From Terriglobia bacterium (GTDB lineage: Bacteria > Acidobacteriota > Terriglobia > JAJPHL01 > JAPKYU01), in the NCBI GenBank assembly GCA_965223005.1, contig CBDCVK010000010.1, forward strand, positions 800,001-864,000: DNA of 64,000 bases, written 5' to 3'. The notes beneath the pieces were generated by a model. That model saw nothing but the letters and a program-made list of their open reading frames with translations, searched no databases and was not told where the DNA came from. The translations under genes and the position numbers were made by a program. Shown here in pieces: positions 29,269-39,628 of the stretch; positions within the stretch are counted from its first letter, which is position 1; every line of letters begins with the position of its first letter.

Positions 29269-31764
29269 ATGAGGGCCCAAGGGAGGCCAGGCGAGGCCGC
29301 TACGCAATCCCGCCTATGGTGTAGCACAGCGATTGTTGCGTGTCAGTTGCTTTTGGCCGGAAGTTGGACGGGTGTGCTTGCGCAGTCACCGGTCCCGGCC
29401 GTGCCAACAAGGGCGACGCAGAAGACCCCTCCGCCACCGCCGGAAGAATTTGGCGCCCGCCCCGACGGTGACGAGTTGGTGCGCATCACTGCGGACCGGC
29501 AGGAGAAATCCGGACATCTGTACCACCTACGGGGAAATGTTGAGATCCGGCTCCGGGATATGCGTCTGACTGCCGATGAAGTGGACTACGAAGAATCCAG
29601 CGGGGACCTCGACGCCCGGGGCAACGTGCGGTTCCAGCGGGAGGCCAACCAGGAAGACATTCACGCCAGCACGGCGCGCTACAACCTCACGACGGAACGG
29701 GGGGAGTTTCACAAGGTCCGTGGCACCAGCGGCGCACCCCCGACCGGCCCGCAGACTCGGGTGCTGACCACCACCAACCCCTACTACTTCGAGGCGCGCC
29801 GCGTCGAGAAGGTCGGCGACAACACCTACATCCTCTACGACGGCTTACTGACTTCCTGCCTGCCGCCCGCCCCCATCTGGAACTTCACCGGCAGTCGGGC
29901 CAAGATCCGGCCTGGCGAAGATGTCGTCATCTACAACGGCTTCGTCAAGGTGAGGAACAAAATTCCGTTCTTCTTTTCTCCCATTTTTTATCATTCCCTG
30001 AAGCGCATTCCACGCCGTTCCGGTTTCTTAACGCCGAATATCGGTAACTCCTCGCGCAAAGGGAAAGTAGTGGGTGAATCATTCTACTGGGCCATCAACC
30101 GGAGCGCCGACGCGGAGTTGGGTGCGGAATATTACAGTAAGCGCGGCTGGGCGCAACGGGGCACTTTGCGGATGCGCCCCCATGTGGGCACCAACCTCAC
30201 CGCCAGCTATTTCGGGGTGGTGGACCGCGGGCTGAAGTTGCCTGATGGGAGTCGTCTTCAGCAGGGCGGCCGCACGCTGCTGGTCACCGGCACCAGCGAG
30301 TTGCCGCGAGGATTCCGAGCGGTGGCGGATTTCAATTACCTCAGTTCATTCAAGTTCCGGCAGGCCTTCACGGAAGCCTACCTGGATGCGGTCAATACCG
30401 ATGTGCACAGCACCGCATTCATTTCCAACAATTTCGGGGGGTTCAGCTTCAATGCTCGATCGTTTCGGTTCCAGAATTTCCAGAGTTTCACGGGGCGTCA
30501 GCCCGGAGACCGTATGGAAATTCGAAGCCTGCCCGGGGTGGAATTCAACAGCCGGGAGCAACCACTGTTCGGGCCGAAATCACGAGGGCGTCGCTGGCCG
30601 CTTTATTTTTCCTTTGACGCGGCAGCCGAAGCTCTCAGCCGGGTCGAGCCGCGCTCGGAGAGTGCAGATAGCAGGATTACGACAGGCGCGGTGAGCCGCT
30701 TCGATTTTTACCCGCGGATTTCCGCTCCGCTCAACTGGAAAGGGTTCCACCTGCTGGCCTCTTACGGCGTTCGGGCAACCCACTACGGCGCCCGCCTGCG
30801 CCAGGGCCAGGTGTCCCACGAGGATTTTCAACGCACCACCCAGGAGCTCGACTTGGACCTGCGCCCTCCTTCGCTCCAGCGGGTGTTCGCTTCGCCCTGG
30901 AGCTTCTTGGGGGAGCGGATCAAGCACGTCGTGGAGCCGCAGGTCCGCTTCCGCCTGGTGGAGGGCGTCAACCAGTTCAACGACATCCTCCGCTTTGATG
31001 AGCGCGATCTCGTTGTCGACACACGCGAGATGGAGTACGGCCTGACCCACCGCCTATTCAGCAAGCACTCCGACGGGCGAGTGCGAGAGGTGTTCGCCTG
31101 GGAGCTGAAGCAGCGCTATTTCTTCGACCCCACCTTTGGCGGCGCCTTGGTTCCCGGCAAGCGCAACGTGTTCAGATCCACGCTGGACTTGACCGGTTAC
31201 GCCTTCCTGGACGGCCGTCGCCGTTTCTCTCCCATTACTTCACTGGTGCGGTTCATGCCGGCATGGAATTTCGGTACGGAACTGCGTGCCGACTTTGATC
31301 CCGACCGGGGCCGCTTCGTAAATACGGGCGTCACCGTGAACTTGCGCAAGGGGAACGCTTTCGCTTCCCTCAGTGACTTCTTCGTGAATAGCACCCCCGA
31401 ATTACGAGGCTGCCCTGGCGCAACAGGCCAACTGGATCTTGGCTCTGGACCGCCAACTGGTGATGACTGCCCTGAGTCACTGCTGATGTCTTCCAACCAG
31501 CTCCGGGGAATGCTCGGCTACGGCTTTCCCAACCGGCGCGGCTTCAACGTGGGCGGCACCTTCGTCTATGACCTGCGACAGGAGCTGATGCCGTATTTCA
31601 GCGTGCAGGCCAACTATAATTTCGACTGCTGCGGCCTCAGCTTCGAATTCCGGCGCTTCCAGTTCGGGCAGACGGTGCGTGATGAACGGCAGTTCCGGGT
31701 GGCGATCACCTTTGCCAACATTGGCAGCTTCGGCAACTTGAAGAAGCGGGAACGGATGTTTTAG
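29269..31764 (+). CDS. lptD: LPS-assembly outer-membrane protein
   Basis: N-terminal jellyroll (GNVEIR..LTADEVDY), RRSGFLTP, C-terminal barrel with YNFDCCG. Confidence 0.92.
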   Translation: MRAQGRPGEAATQSRLWCSTAIVACQLLLAGSWTGVLAQSPVPAVPTRATQKTPPPPPEEFGARPDGDELVRITADRQEKSGHLYHLRGNVEIRLRDMRLTADEVDYEESSGDLDARGNVRFQREANQEDIHASTARYNLTTERGEFHKVRGTSGAPPTGPQTRVLTTTNPYYFEARRVEKVGDNTYILYDGLLTSCLPPAPIWNFTGSRAKIRPGEDVVIYNGFVKVRNKIPFFFSPIFYHSLKRIPRRSGFLTPNIGNSSRKGKVVGESFYWAINRSADAELGAEYYSKRGWAQRGTLRMRPHVGTNLTASYFGVVDRGLKLPDGSRLQQGGRTLLVTGTSELPRGFRAVADFNYLSSFKFRQAFTEAYLDAVNTDVHSTAFISNNFGGFSFNARSFRFQNFQSFTGRQPGDRMEIRSLPGVEFNSREQPLFGPKSRGRRWPLYFSFDAAAEALSRVEPRSESADSRITTGAVSRFDFYPRISAPLNWKGFHLLASYGVRATHYGARLRQGQVSHEDFQRTTQELDLDLRPPSLQRVFASPWSFLGERIKHVVEPQVRFRLVEGVNQFNDILRFDERDLVVDTREMEYGLTHRLFSKHSDGRVREVFAWELKQRYFFDPTFGGALVPGKRNVFRSTLDLTGYAFLDGRRRFSPITSLVRFMPAWNFGTELRADFDPDRGRFVNTGVTVNLRKGNAFASLSDFFVNSTPELRGCPGATGQLDLGSGPPTGDDCPESLLMSSNQLRGMLGYGFPNRRGFNVGGTFVYDLRQELMPYFSVQANYNFDCCGLSFEFRRFQFGQTVRDERQFRVAITFANIGSFGNLKKRERMF

Positions 31765-32005
31765 ACCGGCACCCGGCAGCATACACCCACAGCCCCCGCA
31801 TTGCTTGGGTGCTTGAAGGAATCCCAAGCCCATTGCTTGCGCCTCAACACACCTTCAACACTAGCCTTCCGCGCACGCGCGAGGAAGATACCCCGTGCTA
31901 CACTCGTCCGGTTCCATCTGGCCCCCTAGGCTCTCATCATGTCGTCCCCGGCGGGATTGCTTCCATGCACCTTTGGTTGTTCACACTGAAGTGTTCCCCG
32001 CGAGC

Positions 32006-33625
32006 ATGGCGGATTTGATCACATCGTTATCCCAACAACCGGACACGGGGCCCGAGTTGCGGGAGCGGGTCCGTCTGTTGCGCGACGGTGTCGTGAATAA
32101 CCTGGGCTTCGTCGTCTCCGGGGTTGTCGGCCTGATCTTGATCCCCATACTGCTTGGGAGCTTGGGAGCAGAGTTGATTGCGGCGCAGGCCGTGGCCGGC
32201 CTCGCGGCGATCTTCGATCCCGGCCTAAACTGGAGCGTAACCCGCGAGGTGGGAGCGGTCGGCAACGGGGAAGTCCCCGAGGAAACGGCGCGGTTCGTAC
32301 GAACTTCGGCGACCGCCTATTTGCTGATCGGAGCCCTCGGCGCCCTGGTGGTCGGCTGCCTTGGTCTGGTGATGCGCGACCGACTCCACCTCTCGCCGGA
32401 GAGCCAGAAGATTGCGCTGGCGGTTTTCGGCCTGACTGGCCTGAGCTTCTTGTTCACTCAGTTAGTTGTCTTTGCTCAGTGCGTGCTGGGTGGCCTACGC
32501 CGATTCGATGCCATCAGCCTGATTCAGGTCAGCTCTGACTTGTTGCGTGCGGCAGGGATCATCGCGCTGCTCCGATGGGGCCAGGGTCTGGTTTGGGTGG
32601 TGGGGTGGCAGGTTCTCGTGAGTTCGGTGACCGCGCTGGCAGCGCTGGCGACAATCGGCCATCTTCGCCCCGGGCTCCAGATGCGCCCGACTCGCCTCCA
32701 CTGGCCTGTGCTGCGCGCCCATCTGCCCTTCAGTCTCACCAGCCAGCTCACCACCGGTGCCCAGTGGGTCCTTTGGGATGCTGCGCCGGTGTTGATCGGA
32801 CTGGTGCGGGGCTCCGCCTCGATCGTTCCCTATCACGTCGGGCTGAAGTTTCCCGCAACCGTAACGGGAATCACCTGGCGGGTGGCGGAAGTTTTCTTTC
32901 CCTCAGCCAGCGAACGGTCCCGAAAGCAGGGCTTGGCCGGTACCTGGAATCTCATCCAGATCGGGACCCGCTGGACCGTTGTTCTGGCGCTTCCCCTTTG
33001 TCTAACTTTGGCGATTCTGGCTCCTAACCTGTTGCAGGCCTGGCTGGGGGAGGTGCCTCCGGGTGCAACCTTGATCCTGCGCGTCACCAGCGTGGGGGTT
33101 CTCGCCGACGCGCTGGGGGTGAGCGCCCTGCAAGTCCTGTGGGATCGGGGTGCTGCGCGAATCGTTCTGGCCGTGGCGGCCAAGGCCGCCGCGATCAACC
33201 TAGCCCTGGCTCTGGTTCTCTTGATTCGCATCGGCGTGGCCGGACCTGCCTGGGCATTTCTTGTTTCGATGGTCTTCAGTTCCGCTACTTTGCTGCGCGC
33301 GGCCTCGCGCCTTTGTGCGGTTGCTCCAGGAAAACTGCTGCTGGATGTTGCCCGGGGACTTCCGCTCCCGGTGATGACGTGCGTGGCGATGGCTTCGACT
33401 ATGGTTTACCTGGCGCCGGCTGGCCGGTGGCCCGGCGTGATTTTGGCTGCAGCTGGCGCAGGGTGCGCCTATGCGCTCACCCTCTACCGTTTTGGAGCAC
33501 GAGAGGAAGAACGACTATTGGCTCGCGAAGCCCTGGGTGTGCCGGCCATCGTAAGCCGCTCGGCACTGCGCGGATTTCGAGGCTGCCTGTCCGGTGTCCT
33601 GGCGTTTCTACGCAGGCGTCTATGA
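32006..33625 (+). CDS. Wzx/MATE-like oligosaccharide flippase
   Basis: About 12-14 TM segments; DPGL..SVTR, VFFP.ASE, GVAGPAWA. Confidence 0.85.
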   Translation: MADLITSLSQQPDTGPELRERVRLLRDGVVNNLGFVVSGVVGLILIPILLGSLGAELIAAQAVAGLAAIFDPGLNWSVTREVGAVGNGEVPEETARFVRTSATAYLLIGALGALVVGCLGLVMRDRLHLSPESQKIALAVFGLTGLSFLFTQLVVFAQCVLGGLRRFDAISLIQVSSDLLRAAGIIALLRWGQGLVWVVGWQVLVSSVTALAALATIGHLRPGLQMRPTRLHWPVLRAHLPFSLTSQLTTGAQWVLWDAAPVLIGLVRGSASIVPYHVGLKFPATVTGITWRVAEVFFPSASERSRKQGLAGTWNLIQIGTRWTVVLALPLCLTLAILAPNLLQAWLGEVPPGATLILRVTSVGVLADALGVSALQVLWDRGAARIVLAVAAKAAAINLALALVLLIRIGVAGPAWAFLVSMVFSSATLLRAASRLCAVAPGKLLLDVARGLPLPVMTCVAMASTMVYLAPAGRWPGVILAAAGAGCAYALTLYRFGAREEERLLAREALGVPAIVSRSALRGFRGCLSGVLAFLRRRL

Positions 33626-34468
33626 AACGATTGCTGCGCCGCATCCCGGCTCTGGTATCGGCCTACCGAGCTGAACACCCTACCCGCCGAATCCCCCGTC
33701 GCCCAGATTTTACAAGAGGAATTCCGCCAGCGTGGCTGGCGCTTCTGGCAGCGAGCGAACCCGCATTTGGTTCTTGCTTTGCCGGACTCATGGCAGAGCT
33801 ATTTAGGATCTCTGTCGAAGAAGGGACGGTACTCGGTATTGAGCTCGATCCGAGGGATTGAAAAGCAATTTCGGGTTTGCCTTGAGCGGTGTGAAACACA
33901 AACAGAGCTGCCTCGATTCCTGGATCGTCTATTCGATCTACACCCGAAGCGATTCAAGGCCAAGGGCGAGCAAGGCGCTTTTCAGGGGCCGGCAAGACGC
34001 AGTTTTTTTGCGGAAATGGCCAGCCGATTTCTGGCCCGCGGGTGGCTCGATTTTTGGCTCCTGAGCTTGAACGGACAGGTGGTGGCTGCAGAATTTGGAT
34101 TTTGCTACCGCCGTGTCTACTCCTACCTGCAAGGCGGCTTTGACCCTGCGTACTCTGCCTACCGGGTGGGTATTGCGTCGCAGGCATTGATATTGCAAGA
34201 ACTGATCCGGCGGGGCATCCGTTGCTATGACTTTCTGGGCGGCGACGAGCACTACAAACTTCGGCTCGGCGCGCAACGGCGCGTCTATTGCAACCTGCGC
34301 TGTGCGAGGCCAGGCAGTCGCGGGGCCTTCTATGCAACGGTAGCCGTGGTTCTGGAAGCAGAAAAGCGCTGGGCCCGGGTGTGGTTGCCGAAGTCCCTCT
34401 GGAGGTCTCTGCGCTGGATTTATCTGCGGCTCCGGCCGCCTGCCTCGTTGGACGAAATCGTAGAATAG
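33622..34468 (+). pseudogene. CelD/BcsL-type GNAT acetyltransferase lacking its N-terminus (out-of-frame fusion)
   Basis: The ATGA-coupled start MKRLLRRIPALVSAYR is out of frame with ELNTLP..LPDSWQSYL..YLQGGFDP..YDFLGGDEHYK. Confidence 0.7.
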
Positions 34469-34580
34469 CCGAAGCTCCGACGCGCGCGGCCTGAGGCCCG
34501 TGTACTAGGGCCGCTCGCCGGAGCCGACGACTTCTTCGATGGAGTTTGCTCTCCTGTTTGCTGTCCGCTAGGCCGTTCAG

Positions 34581-35900
34581 CTACAGAATCGGCTCTTCCC
34601 AGTTCTCCAGGGTCTTCTTCACGTAGGCCATGAACTGGTCGGCCAACACTCCGTCAACCACCCGATGGTCGTAGCCGAGCGAAAGGTACACGATGGAGCG
34701 AATCGCGATGGCGTCGTCAATCACCACCGGCGCCTTGTGGATGTGGCCCACGCCCAGGATGGCGACCTGAGGCTGGCTGATGATGGGTGTGCCGAACAAG
34801 GCGCCCTGGCCGGGGTTGGTGATGGTAAAGGTGCCGTTCTGCACCTCGTCTGGTGAGAGTTTCTTGGCGCGGGCGCGGTCGGCCAGATCGCGGATGGCTT
34901 TGGCTAACCCGAGAAAGTTCTTCTCTTCGGCGTTCTTAATGACAGGGACAATCAGGCCCCACTCGAGCACCACGGCGATGCCCAGGTTGATCTCCTTCTT
35001 GAGGACGATGTTGGTGCCCTCCAGCGAGGAGTTCACGTAGGGAAAGGCCTTCAGGGCAGTCACCGCAGCGCGGGCAATGAAGGGCAGGTAGGTCAGCCTG
35101 ACGCCGTTACGCTGCTCGAACTCCGCCTTGGTCCGCGCGCGCAGCCGAGCAACGCGGCTCATGTCCACATCGAAGACGGTGTGCACGTGCGGGGAAGTGC
35201 GCTTGCTCTCCACCATGTGTTGGGCGATCTTCTGCCGCATGGCGGACATGGGCACCACTCCCACCTGCGCACCGGGAGTCCCCGGAGCCGCAGGCCGAGC
35301 TGCGGTTGGAGCGGCCGCAGGTGGAGGAGGAGTTGGGGCAGCAGGAGCCACGCCACCCTTTCCTGCCTCGATGTAGGCCAGGATGTCTGCCTTGGTGATG
35401 CGCCCGCCAAGGCCGCTTCCAGACACTTGGCTGAGATCCACGGCGTGCTCAGCGGCCATCCGGCGCACCAGCGGGGAGCTGCGCACTTCGGCGGCCCCGG
35501 CCGACGGCTGGGTCCGACGCGGCATTTCGACCACTGCCTCTCGCTCGACGGGAGCGGGTGGCGCCGACGGGGGTGCGGCCGCTGGGGGCGCAGGCGCCGC
35601 CGTCGGCGGCGGAGGCGCAGCTTTGGGTTCGGCGGCCTTGGCGGGTTGCGCCGCTGCCGCACCTTCTTCCTCGATCTCGGCCACCACGGTGTTGATCTGC
35701 ACCGTCTCTCCCTCAGGCACCAGCACCCGAGACAGCACGCCTGCGGCGGGGGAGGGAATTTCGGCGTCCACCTTATCGGTGGAGATTTCAAACAACGCTT
35801 CATCCCGCTGCACCGTCTCTCCGGGCTTCTTCAACCACCGGGTAATGGTTCCCTCGAAGATGCTCTCCCCCATCTGGGGCATGATCACGTTGGTCGGCAT
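34581..35900 (-). CDS. sucB: 2-oxoacid dehydrogenase E2 (dihydrolipoamide acyltransferase, SucB-like)
   Basis: Lipoyl domain EISTDKVD, E3-binding SPLVRR..GSGLGGRITKAD, catalytic YDHRVVDG. Confidence 0.9.
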   Translation of the reverse strand: MPTNVIMPQMGESIFEGTITRWLKKPGETVQRDEALFEISTDKVDAEIPSPAAGVLSRVLVPEGETVQINTVVAEIEEEGAAAAQPAKAAEPKAAPPPPTAAPAPPAAAPPSAPPAPVEREAVVEMPRRTQPSAGAAEVRSSPLVRRMAAEHAVDLSQVSGSGLGGRITKADILAYIEAGKGGVAPAAPTPPPPAAAPTAARPAAPGTPGAQVGVVPMSAMRQKIAQHMVESKRTSPHVHTVFDVDMSRVARLRARTKAEFEQRNGVRLTYLPFIARAAVTALKAFPYVNSSLEGTNIVLKKEINLGIAVVLEWGLIVPVIKNAEEKNFLGLAKAIRDLADRARAKKLSPDEVQNGTFTITNPGQGALFGTPIISQPQVAILGVGHIHKAPVVIDDAIAIRSIVYLSLGYDHRVVDGVLADQFMAYVKKTLENWEEPIL

Positions 35901-36054
35901 GGCAATGTTTCCTGCTTTGGATTTGGCGTCAGTATGGCGTCAGTATATCGTAGCGACAGTTGAAAGCCAGTACCGTTCCAACTTTCCTTGGCGCTCTGCA
36001 GCTAGGTGGAATACATAGACAAACAAGTTGGAACGGCACCAGCAACGATCCCCC

Positions 36055-36735
36055 TCACCGATCGGCAGACAGAGCTTCGGCCCTGGCCGCGGGCCGTGGG
36101 GTTGGGCTAAGGGCCGCCGGCCTCGGTGGAGCATACTGCCGCTGGAATTCGCGCACTACCACCTGCTTGACGGCCTGCATTGTGGGAGGCGCGATCAGAA
36201 TCTGATCAATCGACGTGACGCCGTAATCGTGAATCCCACAGGGCACAATAAATTGGAAATAGCGCAGGTCGGGGTCCACGTTGAGCGCGAAGCCGTGCGA
36301 GGTAATCCAGCGGCTGATGTGCACGCCGATGGCGGCAATCTTCCGCTCGCCCACCCACACCCCGGTGAACCCCGTGCGGCGCCCGGCCGCGATGCCGAAT
36401 TCGGCCAGCGCGGCGATCAGGGCCCCCTCCAGAGAGCGGACATACCAAACGACGTCTTTGCGGATGACTCCCAGGTCCAGAATCGGGTAGCCGACCAACT
36501 GGCCCGGCCCGTGGTAGGTGATGTCGCCGCCCCGGTTGGTCGTGTGCAGCTCCACCTCCGGCGGCAAGGCCAGCAGGTGCTCGCGCCTGGCGGTACGACC
36601 TAGCGTGAAGACGTGCGGGTGCTCCAGCAGCAGCAACGTGTCGGAGATTTCGCCCGCTCGCCGGCGCTCCACCAGTCGGCGCTGCAGTTCGGCCGCCTCG
36701 GCGTAGCCGACGGTTCCGAGGTCCTCGACGGTCAT
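36055..36735 (-). CDS. lipB: Lipoyl(octanoyl) transferase
   Basis: LEHPHVFTLG, RGGDITYHGPGQLVGY, KIAAIG, HGFALN, IVPCG. Confidence 0.96.
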   Translation of the reverse strand: MTVEDLGTVGYAEAAELQRRLVERRRAGEISDTLLLLEHPHVFTLGRTARREHLLALPPEVELHTTNRGGDITYHGPGQLVGYPILDLGVIRKDVVWYVRSLEGALIAALAEFGIAAGRRTGFTGVWVGERKIAAIGVHISRWITSHGFALNVDPDLRYFQFIVPCGIHDYGVTSIDQILIAPPTMQAVKQVVVREFQRQYAPPRPAALSPTPRPAARAEALSADR

Positions 36736-36757
36736 GGTAAGGAATTGATGAGCATGG

Positions 36758-38161
36758 TCAGGAATTGATGGCCATCCGATAGACGGCGTTGCCGGCGTCG
36801 AACATGGCTTCGGCCAGCGTGGGGTGGGCGTGAATCGTGTACATGAACTCTTCCACGGTGGCTTCCAGCTCCAGCGCCATCACCGCTTCGGCAATCATCT
36901 CGGTGGCCAGCGGCCCGATGATGTGGACCCCGAGCAGCTCGCCGTACTTCTCATCGGCCACAATTTTCACAAAGCCGTCGTGTTGGCCGAGGATGGAAGC
37001 GCGGCTGTTGGCCCCAAAGCTGAACTTGCCCGTTTTCACCTTGTAGCCACGCTCCCGTGCCTGGGCTTCGGTGAGTCCGACGCTGGCGATTTCCGGGTGG
37101 CAGTAGGTGCAACCAGGAATGCGCTCCCGGTTCACCGCCTTGACCGGCTTGCCGGCTGAGTGGGTTACTGCCACGATGCCCTGCATGGATGCCACGTGCG
37201 CCAGTTGCGGCATTCCGGCAACGATGTCGCCGATGGCGTAGAGCCCCGGCTCCTCGGTCTGCTGGTATTGGTTGATGTGGATGAAGCCGCGTTCCACGCG
37301 GGCCCGCGTCTGGTCGAGGCCCATGTTTTCCGTGTTGGGCCTGCGGCCCACCGCCACCAGCACGGTCTCGGCCTCGACCGCTTGGCTCTTGCCGTTCGCA
37401 GTGAACTCCACACGCACCTGCGGTGAGGTGGTGACTTTCTCCACCCGGGCCCCAGTGTGCACCCGGATCTTTTGCTTCTTGAACAGGCGCTCGAGTTCGC
37501 GAGAAATCTCCTCGTCTTCTACGGGGACCACCCGCGGCAGCATCTCCAGCAGGGTAACCTCGGTTCCAAAGACGCGGTAGATGGAGGCGAACTCGACGCC
37601 CACCGCCCCGGCTCCGATGATGATCATGCTTGCTGGAATGTGCTTCAGCTCCAGGACCTCGCGGTTCGTGAGGATGCGCTCGGGGTCCGCTGTCAGTCCC
37701 GGCAGCAGGCGCGCTCCCGAGCCGGTGGCCAGCACGATGGCGCGGGCGCTGAGTTCCTTGGCACCGCCGCGACCCTCGCTTTCCACCACCACTCGTCCGG
37801 ATCCCGCCAGCCGGCCCCACCCCCGGAAGGTCTCCACCTTGTTCTTCTGCAGCAGAAACTTCACTCCCTGGGCGTGTTTCTTGACCACGCGGTCCCTGCG
37901 TGCCTGCACGGCGCTCCACTCCAGTTTCGGCTCTCCGCACTGGATGCCGTATTCCTTGGCCTCCAGGACGTGCTGGAAAACTTCGGCGTTGTGTAGCAGC
38001 GCCTTGGTGGGGATGCAACCGACGTGCAGGCAGGTGCCACCGAACTTGTCGTCCTTCTCGACGAGCGCCGCCTTCAGCCCGAGCTGGGTGGCGCGGATGG
38101 CGGCCACGTACCCTCCGGGTCCGCTTCCAATGACCACAACGTCATAGTCGTTCGCTGGCAT
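36758..38161 (-). CDS. lpdA: Dihydrolipoyl dehydrogenase
   Basis: GSGPGGYVAA, GGTCLHVGCIPTK, GAGAVG, HAHPTLAE. Confidence 0.97.
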   Translation of the reverse strand: MPANDYDVVVIGSGPGGYVAAIRATQLGLKAALVEKDDKFGGTCLHVGCIPTKALLHNAEVFQHVLEAKEYGIQCGEPKLEWSAVQARRDRVVKKHAQGVKFLLQKNKVETFRGWGRLAGSGRVVVESEGRGGAKELSARAIVLATGSGARLLPGLTADPERILTNREVLELKHIPASMIIIGAGAVGVEFASIYRVFGTEVTLLEMLPRVVPVEDEEISRELERLFKKQKIRVHTGARVEKVTTSPQVRVEFTANGKSQAVEAETVLVAVGRRPNTENMGLDQTRARVERGFIHINQYQQTEEPGLYAIGDIVAGMPQLAHVASMQGIVAVTHSAGKPVKAVNRERIPGCTYCHPEIASVGLTEAQARERGYKVKTGKFSFGANSRASILGQHDGFVKIVADEKYGELLGVHIIGPLATEMIAEAVMALELEATVEEFMYTIHAHPTLAEAMFDAGNAVYRMAINS

Positions 38162-38235
38162 GGCAAAAAGGCAACCGCGATGATAGCACAGCGCCACGCG
38201 CAACCGGCTAAGCCAACCGCCCGCGAGCCGGGGGC

Positions 38236-38376
38236 CTATCGTTCGAGAATCGCGGAGAACAGCAGGAAAAACAGGAGGAGTCCTCCTACCAGCAGGACCA
38301 GGCAGCCGATCAGTCGGCCTTTGCTGCCGGTGGTGACCTCTTTCTTGCGGGCCCGGGGCGGTTTCCACTTCCCCAC
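38236..38376 (-). CDS. Small single-pass membrane protein (46 aa)
   Basis: GTG start, MGKWKPPRARKKEVTTGSKGRLIGCLVLLVGGLLLFFLLFSAILER: a basic N-terminus plus one TM helix; TATAAT a few nt upstream. Confidence 0.55.
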   Translation of the reverse strand: MGKWKPPRARKKEVTTGSKGRLIGCLVLLVGGLLLFFLLFSAILER

Positions 38377-38487
38377 GCCATCATTATACGAGGTAACCAC
38401 ATTCGAGGTAACCGCGGCGGGGTGGGGCACGTCCCACGTTCGACACAGTAGTGTGTGTCGGAATCCCCCTGAAGTAGGGAGACAGGT

Positions 38488-39465
38488 ATGCGAATCATTC
38501 CCGGTATGCGAATCATTCAAGGAGCCATCCTGGTTGCCCTGGTAGCGGTTACGGGGCTGCTCTATTCGATCCGAACTCAGATGACGCCGCCCGCCCCGAC
38601 GGTCGAGGTCGCGCAAACCGTGCCAGCGCCGCAGGGGCTGGCCACCGAGGAGTTGATAGGGGTCCAGCCCGCCGTGGCGCAGCCCGCTGTAAGACGGGCC
38701 GTAACACGGGCGGTCGCGCCCACGCCGCCGCGACGGGCTCCGGCACGCAGGCGCACCGCGACTCCGGCCCCGCGCTGGCCGGTACCGGCGCCGCCCGAGC
38801 CATATCCGGATCAGGACCCTGCACCTGCTCCAGTCTTCCGTCCTCCGGTCGCCCGCGTAGCCCAGCCGGCCCCACCGCCACCGCCGGCGACGCGGGTCGT
38901 GACCGTGCCGGCGGGGACCGTCATCACGGTTCGCCTGGTGGATGGAGTCAGCTCGAAGCACAATCGCCCAGGGGATACCTTCCAGGGGACACTGGAGGAG
39001 CCGCTGGCGGCTGAGGGTCTGGTGGTTGCTGAGCGGAACGCTAACGTTTTTGGGCGCGTCGTGGACACCCAGAAGTCCGGGCGCGTTTCCGGGCGGGCGG
39101 AGATGGCGCTGGAACTGGACCGCCTGCAGACAGTTGGCGGCGAGGTCCGCATCGCCAGCGATACCATGATCCGGCGCGCGGATGCCAGCAAAGGCAAGGA
39201 CGCTGCGAAGGTAGGCATCATGGCCGGCATCGGCGCGGCCATTGGGGCAATTGCCGGAGGTCGTAAAGGCGCTGGTGTCGGAGCCGCCGCAGGCGGCGCC
39301 GCCGGCACCGGGACGGTGCTGGCGACGCGGGGCAAACCGGTGGAGTTCCCCCCGGAGAGTCGGCTCACCTTCCGGCTCCGCGCCCCGATCACGGTGACGT
39401 TGGACGCGGATCGAGCTCGCCCGACGGGCTACGAGGGCCGCCCTCGGCTGGAACGCCGCTATTAG
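38488..39465 (+). CDS. Pro-rich membrane-anchored protein with a TrbI-like beta domain and glycine zipper
   Basis: TM segment, Pro/Ala linker, VPAGTVITVRL..GDTF, GAAIGAIAGG.KGAG.GAAAG. Confidence 0.8.
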   Translation: MRIIPGMRIIQGAILVALVAVTGLLYSIRTQMTPPAPTVEVAQTVPAPQGLATEELIGVQPAVAQPAVRRAVTRAVAPTPPRRAPARRRTATPAPRWPVPAPPEPYPDQDPAPAPVFRPPVARVAQPAPPPPPATRVVTVPAGTVITVRLVDGVSSKHNRPGDTFQGTLEEPLAAEGLVVAERNANVFGRVVDTQKSGRVSGRAEMALELDRLQTVGGEVRIASDTMIRRADASKGKDAAKVGIMAGIGAAIGAIAGGRKGAGVGAAAGGAAGTGTVLATRGKPVEFPPESRLTFRLRAPITVTLDADRARPTGYEGRPRLERRY

Positions 39466-39510
39466 TACCGATTAAGGCGCGGACGTAAGACAAGGCGCCC
39501 TTGGTGTGAC

Positions 39511-39530
39511 GACAGGCCTCCCGGCCTGTC
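39511..39530. repeat. REP-like palindrome between convergent genes
   Basis: GACAGGC-CTCCCG-GCCTGTC; partial degenerate copies near 39585 and 39612. Confidence 0.45.
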
Positions 39531-39628
39531 TGCCGCACCGGGTGCCGCTTGTTTTTCCCCGTGATCCAATGGACCGGCCTAATGGACAGGCCTAGTGGAT
39601 GGAGAAGATATCTGTCCCCAGCACCGAG

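Noticed and set aside
35280-35660. Low-complexity Pro/Ala repeats (also 38700-38890)
   Set aside because: These are ordinary flexible linkers of E2 and of a membrane-anchored protein.
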